This document shows positions 58,431 to 64,000 of a stretch of DNA of 64,000 nucleotides, piece after piece. A model generated the notes under the pieces. It was not told the origin of the DNA. It saw only the letters and a program-made list of their open reading frames with translations, and made no database searches. Origin of the DNA: Eubacteriales bacterium (GTDB taxonomy: Bacteria > Bacillota > Clostridia > Oscillospirales > CAG-272). A program made the translations under genes and the position numbers. The stretch lies in assembly GCA_045577415.1 (NCBI GenBank), contig JAZNII010000094.1:1434-65433 (forward strand), given 5' to 3'. How positions within the stretch are numbered: the stretch's first letter is position 1; every line of letters begins with the position of its first letter.

Positions 58431-59297
58431 TCAAATTATATTTGGAAGAAGGTCAAAATAGGTACAAGCGATGGCAAGGACGAGGCAGTTTGCAAGCGCG
58501 GAATCGAATCTGTCGAGCATTCCCCCGTGGCCCGGGAAAAAATTTCCGTAATCCTTTATGCTGTAATTTCTTTTGATGACAGACATTATAAGATCGCCGA
58601 TCTGTCCGACGATAGGAATGAGGATTCCGAACAAAGCGAGAGCTATGTAGTTTGCGTCAATAATTCCGTCGGGATTGAAAAATTTTTCGATAACGAAAGC
58701 GTACAGCACCACGGAGCCTGCGCCGAAAAGAGTGCCGCCAATAGCGCCCTCAACGGTTTTCTTGGGACTTACCGAGGGGATAAGCTTATGTCTGCCGAAA
58801 AGTCTGCCGCAAAAATAAGCAAAGGTATCGGTCACCCAACCGACGATAAAAGGAAGATATATAAGATATGCACCGTTTGTCGCTACGTCTCTGATATAAA
58901 CCGTGGCACTGAATCCTGCGTTCACATAAATAAACATCGCTATAAGAAGTCCTGCGTCTGCAACATTCAGAGTCTTGTTGCCAAAGACTGCAACTGTAAA
59001 AATATAAAGAGACACAGAAATTATAAGCACAGAGCCACCGACGAATATATCTCCCACGTCACCGTAAACACTTGCGTATCTGGTATAGATAGGCATAAAA
59101 AAGGATGCGGCACAAAGCGGTATGGTTAGGAAAAAGTTCTTTTTCTGACCTATGCAATGTATTGCCTCGAAAACCGCAATTGCTATACAAACGCCTATCA
59201 AAACGGTATATATCCATGTGTCGCTGAATATTAACATGGGTATAAATACGCAAAGCGCAACGATTGCGGTAATAGTTCTCTTAATCATAATGATCAA
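58431..59297 (-). CDS. cdsA: Phosphatidate cytidylyltransferase
   Basis: SPKKTVEGAIGG; GDLIMSVIKR..IKD.G...PGHGG.LDRFDS. Confidence 0.92.
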   Translation of the reverse strand: MIIMIKRTITAIVALCVFIPMLIFSDTWIYTVLIGVCIAIAVFEAIHCIGQKKNFFLTIPLCAASFFMPIYTRYASVYGDVGDIFVGGSVLIISVSLYIFTVAVFGNKTLNVADAGLLIAMFIYVNAGFSATVYIRDVATNGAYLIYLPFIVGWVTDTFAYFCGRLFGRHKLIPSVSPKKTVEGAIGGTLFGAGSVVLYAFVIEKFFNPDGIIDANYIALALFGILIPIVGQIGDLIMSVIKRNYSIKDYGNFFPGHGGMLDRFDSALANCLVLAIACTYFDLLPNII

Positions 59298-60025
59298 CCC
59301 TTCTTCTTCTCGGTGTTTTTGTCAAGTCCGCCAAAACGGCGTTTTCTGGAGTAAAATTCGGCAACTGCGCGGTCTATCTCCTCGGGACCGAAATCGGGCC
59401 AGAGTGTGTCGGTAAAATACAACTCTGAGTATGCGGCTTGCCAAAGCAAAAAGTTTGATATTCGCAGATCTCCGCCCGTTCTCACGATAAGATCGGGGTC
59501 CGGACAGCCTCCCGTATAAAGCGCGGAATCAATGTCCTCTGGGGTGACTTGGGACTTACCGCTTGCGATAAGTCGGTTGACCGCATTGGTGATCTCAAGA
59601 CGCGAGCCGTAATTTACGGCGACGTTCAAGACGGAATGGCGCTTTGAGGTAATCTTCTCTATCAGCTTAATCTTTGCTTTCAAGGGTATGCTCAACACGC
59701 TTGTATCGCCGATAAAGCGCACCTGTCCCAATCCATCGGACTTGTTATCGTTGAAAAAGCTATCAAGATATTGCTCAAGTAACGCCATTATGGCATCCAC
59801 CTCTTTTTTGGGGCGCTTCCAGTTTTCAGTAGAAAAGGCATAGACCGTAATATATTCTATTCCGATCTTTCGGCAATATTCCACCGCATCTATAAAAGCC
59901 TTTACGCCTTCCTTATGCCCTTCTTCTCTCGGCATATTGCGAGATGTAGCCCACCTTCCGTTGCCGTCCATAATAAAAGCGATGTGCTTGAGTCTTTCAT
60001 CCACCTTAATAATTTCTTTGCTCAT
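59294..60025 (-). CDS. uppS: Isoprenyl transferase (undecaprenyl-diphosphate synthase)
   Basis: HIAFIMDGNGRWA; FSTENW.RP; RTGG..RISNFLLWQ..YSE. Confidence 0.95.
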   Translation of the reverse strand: MSKEIIKVDERLKHIAFIMDGNGRWATSRNMPREEGHKEGVKAFIDAVEYCRKIGIEYITVYAFSTENWKRPKKEVDAIMALLEQYLDSFFNDNKSDGLGQVRFIGDTSVLSIPLKAKIKLIEKITSKRHSVLNVAVNYGSRLEITNAVNRLIASGKSQVTPEDIDSALYTGGCPDPDLIVRTGGDLRISNFLLWQAAYSELYFTDTLWPDFGPEEIDRAVAEFYSRKRRFGGLDKNTEKKKG

Positions 60026-60070
60026 ATTACTCCGTCAAAGTTGTTAAAATTTGTGTTTATCAAACTGCAA

Positions 60071-60101
60071 TTAAAGCGGAAGCTTTTTCCTTCCGCTTTA
60101 A
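60071..60101 (-). terminator. Hairpin downstream of frr (possible attenuating terminator before uppS)
   Basis: Perfect 12-bp stem TTAAAGCGGAAG/CTTCCGCTTTAA. The T-tract is weak. Confidence 0.45.
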
Positions 60102-60116
60102 TGCCTATCCGCGGGA

Positions 60117-60671
60117 TCAGACCTTCATAATGTCCTTTTCCTTAGCGGTTGTAATGGTTTCAATATTCTTTACGTATTTGTCGGTAAGATCCTGAACTGC
60201 CTTTTCAGCGTTCTTAACGTCATCCTCGGTAAGGAGACCGTCCTTCTTCTGTTTCTTAATATCGTCGTTAGCGGTACGTCTGATATTTCTGACAGCTACC
60301 TTAGCCTCCTCGCCCATCTTCTGAACCTGCTTAGCAAGCTCGCGGCGTCTCTCCTCGGTAAGCTGGGGGAAAACGAGACGGATGATCTTACCGTCGTTGG
60401 AGGGGTTAATTCCTATATCAGAGGTCTGAATAGCCTTTTCCATAGCCTTGAGAGTGCTTGCGTCGTAAGGAATGATCTCAAGCGTCTTTGCATCAGCGAC
60501 TCTTACGTTTGCCATAGCGGTGATCTCTGCGGGAGAACCCCAGTAATCGAAGGTTACACGAGAAAGAACTGCAGGATTAGCCTGGCTTGCGCGGATGGAA
60601 GCAAGGTTAATTTCGTACGACGCGATAGATTTCTGCATTTTTGATTCAAGTTCTTTTGTGTTGTAATTCAT
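60117..60671 (-). CDS. frr: Ribosome recycling factor
   Basis: IRASQANPAVL; P.LTEERRREL.K; 184 aa. Confidence 0.97.
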   Translation of the reverse strand: MNYNTKELESKMQKSIASYEINLASIRASQANPAVLSRVTFDYWGSPAEITAMANVRVADAKTLEIIPYDASTLKAMEKAIQTSDIGINPSNDGKIIRLVFPQLTEERRRELAKQVQKMGEEAKVAVRNIRRTANDDIKKQKKDGLLTEDDVKNAEKAVQDLTDKYVKNIETITTAKEKDIMKV

Positions 60672-60703
60672 AATTTTGATTCCCTTTCTATGTATGTAAG
60701 TTA

Positions 60704-61420
60704 TTATTTATGCATTTTTGTTCCTGTGGTGTTACCCATGACCGTGCGATAAATGTTTTCGGGGTCAGAGAGCGCGAAAGCATAGCAATCGATGTCATTT
60801 TCGTTACAGAAGGAAACTGCAGTGAGATCAAACGCTTTCAGGTTTTTGTCAAGGATCTCGGCGTATGTAACATCGTTGTAACGCACAGCGGTGGGATCCT
60901 TCTTGGGGTCGGCGGTATACAGACCGTCAACGTTCTTTGCCATAAGCACGATGTCAGCTCCGATCTCGGCTGCGCGAACTACTGCAGGGGTGTCGGTTGA
61001 GAAATAGGGAGCGCCAAGACCGCCGCCAAAAATAACGACCTTACCCTCGGAAAGGTATCTGTCGGCATCTCGTTGAGTGTAAAAATCAGCGAATGTATTC
61101 ATCTCGACCGAGGAAAGGACCTTTGCGTCGATTCCGTGTCTGATAAAGGCATCCTGAAGCGCCAAGGAATTGATAACGGTTGCGAGCATACCCATGTGGT
61201 CGGCTCTTGCTCGGTTCATGCCTACGCCCTTTCTCGCGCCGCGCCATATATTGCCCGCTCCGACAATAATAGCAACCTCAACGCCCGCCTTAAGGCACTT
61301 GTCGATGGAATCTACAACCTTGTCAACAAAATCGAAATCGAGAATATCATTCTCACATCCGTTTTTGAGAGCTTCGCCCGAAATTTTAACTAAAATACGC
61401 TTATAAATAGGTTTAGACAT
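60704..61420 (-). CDS. pyrH: UMP kinase
   Basis: YKRILVKISGEAL; VGAGNIWRG; GMLATVINS; TDT.A..RA.E; VDG.YTADP. Confidence 0.97.
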   Translation of the reverse strand: MSKPIYKRILVKISGEALKNGCENDILDFDFVDKVVDSIDKCLKAGVEVAIIVGAGNIWRGARKGVGMNRARADHMGMLATVINSLALQDAFIRHGIDAKVLSSVEMNTFADFYTQRDADRYLSEGKVVIFGGGLGAPYFSTDTPAVVRAAEIGADIVLMAKNVDGLYTADPKKDPTAVRYNDVTYAEILDKNLKAFDLTAVSFCNENDIDCYAFALSDPENIYRTVMGNTTGTKMHK

Positions 61421-61555
61421 CGCTATTCCCCCAATATATAAATTCTACCAAATATTGTACTACTTTTTTTGAGTTTTGTAAATACTTTTTTTGTAAACAA
61501 TTTATATATTATTATATTTTTAATAATTTAATACTTTAAAATGCCTGTAATTACA

Positions 61556-61589
61556 TCAAAAACACCCTTGGAGTATCCCCAAGGGTGTT
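61556..61589 (-). terminator. Intrinsic terminator of thrS
   Basis: On the minus strand: AACACCCTTGG-ggatact-CCAAGGGTGTT followed by TTTTG. Confidence 0.75.
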
Positions 61590-61598
61590 AATTAACAA

Positions 61599-63539
61599 TT
61601 ATCTTCTCTTCTCTGCAATTTCAAGAAGAAGCTCGCTGATGAACTGATCGGGAGACATAGCGCCCTTTTCGCCGTCCTTTCTTGAACGGACTGCAACTGT
61701 GTTGCTTTCAACCTCTTTCGCGCCCACAACGATCATATAAGGCAGCTTTTCAAGCTGAGCGTTACGGAGTTTATATCCGATAGTCTCATTTCTCTTGTCT
61801 ACCTCGCAACGAACGCCGAGATTTGTAAGTCTGGTAGCGATTGCCTCGCAGTACTCGATCTGCTCGTCGCCGATAGGCAACATTCTGACCTGAATAGGAG
61901 CCATCCATGTGGGAAGCGCGCCTGCGTACTTTTCAAGGAGAAGCGCAAGGGTTCTTTCGTAGCATCCCATAGAAGTGCGGTGGATGATATAAGGTGTCTT
62001 CATCGTATTATCTGAATCGACGTATTCCATACCGAACTTCTTTGCAAGAAGCATATCGATCTGGATGGTGATAAGGGTATCTTCCTTGCCGAATACGTTC
62101 TTGATCTGGATGTCGAGCTTAGGACCGTAGAACGCTGCCTCGTCGATACCGATAGCGTAGTTGCCCTTGCCGAGATTTTCGTCAAGAAGCTTTTCCATAA
62201 TTCCCTGCGCCTCATCCCACTGTTCGGGAGAGCCTTCGTACTTATCTGTTCTCTTGGGATCCCACTGAGAGAAGCGGAAGGTGCAATCCTCTCTGAGTCC
62301 AAGTGTGTCAAGGCAGTAGAGGGCGAGATCAAGACAACCCTTGAACTCCTCCGCAAGCTGCTCGGGACGAAGGATAAGATGTCCCTCGGAGATCGTAAAC
62401 TGACGGACGCGGATAAGACCGTGCATCTCACCACTCTCCTCGTTTCTGAACAGAGTGGAGGTCTCACCAAGTCTCATGGGAAGATCTCTGTAGGAACGCT
62501 TTTTATTAAGGAATACCTGATACTGGAAAGGACAAGTCATAGGGCGGAGAGCGAAGCACTCCTTTGTCTCGTCGTCGGCGTCACCCAGTATGAACATACC
62601 GTCGCGGTAGTGATCCCAGTGTCCCGAAATCTTATAAAGGTCTCTCTTTGCCATAAGAGGGGTCTTGGTAAGAAGATAGCCTCGTCTCTGCTCCTCGTCC
62701 TCGATCCATCTCTGGAGAGTTTGGATAACGCGAGCGCCCTTGGGCATAAGGATAGGAAGACCCTGACCGATAGAGTCAACAGTGGTGAAATATTCAAGCT
62801 CTCTGCCTATCTTGTTATGGTCGCGCTTTCTTGCTTCTTCGAGCATAGTGACGTAAGCGTTAAGCTCGTCCTTTGAGGGGAATGCAAGACCATAGATTCT
62901 CTGGAGCTGCTTATTGTTCTGATCGCCCTTCCAATAAGCGCCGGTACACTGCGTCAGCTTGAATGCCTTAACAGCGCCCGTTGCGAAAAGGTGAGGACCT
63001 GCGCAGAGATCGGTGAACTCGCCCTGACGGTAGAAGCTTATGGTCTCACCCTTGGGAAGCTCCTCGATAAGCTGAACCTTGTAAGGCTCGTTCTTCTCTG
63101 TCATAAACGCGATAGCCTCGTCGCGGGGAAGCTCAAATCTTTCGATCTTGAGGTTTTCTTTGACGATCTTTTTCATCTCGCTCTCAAGCGCCTTGAGAAT
63201 GTCGGGAGTGAAAGCGATGTCGCTGTCGAAGTCATAATAGAAGCCGTCCTCAATAGCGGGACCGATGGTAAGCTTGGTGTCGGGATAAAGTCTCTTTACC
63301 GCCTGAGCAAGAATGTGAGACGCGGTGTGTCTGAACACGTGAGCGCCCTCCTTGTCGGCGAAGGTAAGAAGCTTTACGTCGGCATCTGCGTCGATCTCGT
63401 AACCCAGAGCAACGGTTTCACCGTTAACGCTTGCAGCGATAACGCTTCTTTCCACCATGCCAAAAGCTTCCTTCGCGGCATCATAGACCGCTACGGGAGC
63501 CATGGATTCAAAAATCTGTGAACCAAAATTGATTTTCAT
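61599..63539 (-). CDS. thrS: Threonine--tRNA ligase
   Basis: TGS domain; editing-domain HTASHILA; class II motifs FRNEESGEMHGLIRVRQFT and RTSMG..ER; anticodon-binding domain. Confidence 0.98.
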   Translation of the reverse strand: MKINFGSQIFESMAPVAVYDAAKEAFGMVERSVIAASVNGETVALGYEIDADADVKLLTFADKEGAHVFRHTASHILAQAVKRLYPDTKLTIGPAIEDGFYYDFDSDIAFTPDILKALESEMKKIVKENLKIERFELPRDEAIAFMTEKNEPYKVQLIEELPKGETISFYRQGEFTDLCAGPHLFATGAVKAFKLTQCTGAYWKGDQNNKQLQRIYGLAFPSKDELNAYVTMLEEARKRDHNKIGRELEYFTTVDSIGQGLPILMPKGARVIQTLQRWIEDEEQRRGYLLTKTPLMAKRDLYKISGHWDHYRDGMFILGDADDETKECFALRPMTCPFQYQVFLNKKRSYRDLPMRLGETSTLFRNEESGEMHGLIRVRQFTISEGHLILRPEQLAEEFKGCLDLALYCLDTLGLREDCTFRFSQWDPKRTDKYEGSPEQWDEAQGIMEKLLDENLGKGNYAIGIDEAAFYGPKLDIQIKNVFGKEDTLITIQIDMLLAKKFGMEYVDSDNTMKTPYIIHRTSMGCYERTLALLLEKYAGALPTWMAPIQVRMLPIGDEQIEYCEAIATRLTNLGVRCEVDKRNETIGYKLRNAQLEKLPYMIVVGAKEVESNTVAVRSRKDGEKGAMSPDQFISELLLEIAEKRR

Positions 63540-63583
63540 AATCTTTGCCTTTCTGAAATATATTATCTGTTAATTTTTTACTA

Positions 63584-63750
63584 AAAAATAAGACCCCGAA
63601 CACATTGACTGTGTTCGGGGTGCAATATGCACGGTTCCACCCGAGCTTTTAACTCATTTGTATTGAATTGAGCGCAAAAGTGGTATTCTATACGTTGTCG
63701 CAAAAAACTCTCAGCAACCGTTTTCTCTCTGTGTGCGCTTCGTGTATAGA
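63584..63750 (-). promoter_or_regulatory. T-box riboswitch leader (Thr, ACC specifier) controlling thrS
   Basis: Minus-strand RNA shows stem I with AGAGA and GAGAG elements, a specifier loop GAAU-ACC-A (63682-63684), the T-box sequence AGCUCGGGUGGAACCGUGC (63630-63648), and the terminator ACCCCGAACAC...GUGUUCGGGGU plus a U-run (63584-63621). Confidence 0.85.
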
Positions 63751-63773
63751 ACGTGTCTTTTGGGATTGTTAAT

Positions 63774-64000
63774 TTATCTGTGGCTTCTGTTATAAGTAGA
63801 CGTGGGATTTACGACCTCTCTCCAATCGAGATCTCCCCTGTCAAGCGCCATAATAATAACCTCTGCGGTCGCAATATTGGTCGCGACGGGGATATTGTAG
63901 CGGTCACACGCAAGCAGCAGTTCCTTTTCGACCTTGTCATGATCGGAGTATATATCGGAAGAAGGACGTGTATCGCGGAAATAGATAAGAACGTCTATTT
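63774..64000 (-). CDS. mgsA: Methylglyoxal synthase, C-terminal part; the 5' end lies outside the window
   Basis: Minus-strand frame reads ...DVLIYFRDTRPSSDIYSDHDKVEKELLLACDRYNIPVATNIATAEVIIMALDRGDLDWREV...*, which matches the MgsA C-terminal signature (F.DP...HD.D...L.R....NIPVATN..TA). It is absent from the ORF track because there is no start in the window. Confidence 0.8.
   Translation of the reverse strand, partial: IDVLIYFRDTRPSSDIYSDHDKVEKELLLACDRYNIPVATNIATAEVIIMALDRGDLDWREVVNPTSTYNRSHR

Noticed and set aside
58389-59129. 246-aa plus-strand ORF
   Set aside because: It is antisense to cdsA, which has clear family motifs.

Overview
This 64 kb window is a chromosomal, mostly housekeeping segment from a low-GC Gram-positive, endospore-forming Clostridia-type genome. 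The markers for that are PolC plus DnaE, WhiA, SpoIIID, PdaA and a T-box leader. I support about 57 protein genes. They include the conserved minus-strand block pyrH-frr-uppS-cdsA-dxr-rseP-ispG-polC, thrS with a Thr T-box, prfA, a Sua5-type TsaC, a ParC-like topoisomerase subunit, ldh, murB, htpG, ispE, comEC, a class A PBP, proC, dut, two TrmH-family methyltransferases and two polysaccharide deacetylases. Several near-consensus sigma-A promoters and many intrinsic terminators can be read directly from the sequence. I saw no rRNA, tRNA, CRISPR array, transposase, integrase or phage genes.

The observations most worth a second look are:
- **Metal-handling locus (45.8-49.1 kb):** a Cys/His-rich locus made of a COG0523 GTPase with CCC-containing His repeats, a CxCC-less GTPase fused to a DUF1980-like domain, and an unplaceable 22-Cys protein with seven consecutive Cys.
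- **Inserted gap cassette:** a 2.3 kb AT-rich cassette carrying a GapA/eukaryote-type GAPDH and an overlapping XRE-TPR regulator, bounded by identical 39-bp direct repeats between dnaE and pgcA.
- **Degenerate P-type ATPase homologue:** a 958-aa protein in which DKTGT is replaced by DSDSL, with a ~375-aa acidic N-terminus.
- **htpG-coupled gene:** a truncated prephenate-dehydratase/ACT-like gene that shares one nucleotide with the htpG stop codon.
- **Unannotated plus-strand unit:** a promoter, a zinc-ribbon ORF and a terminator lying under a spurious antisense ORF call.

All family assignments come from motif recognition by eye. No database search was run.
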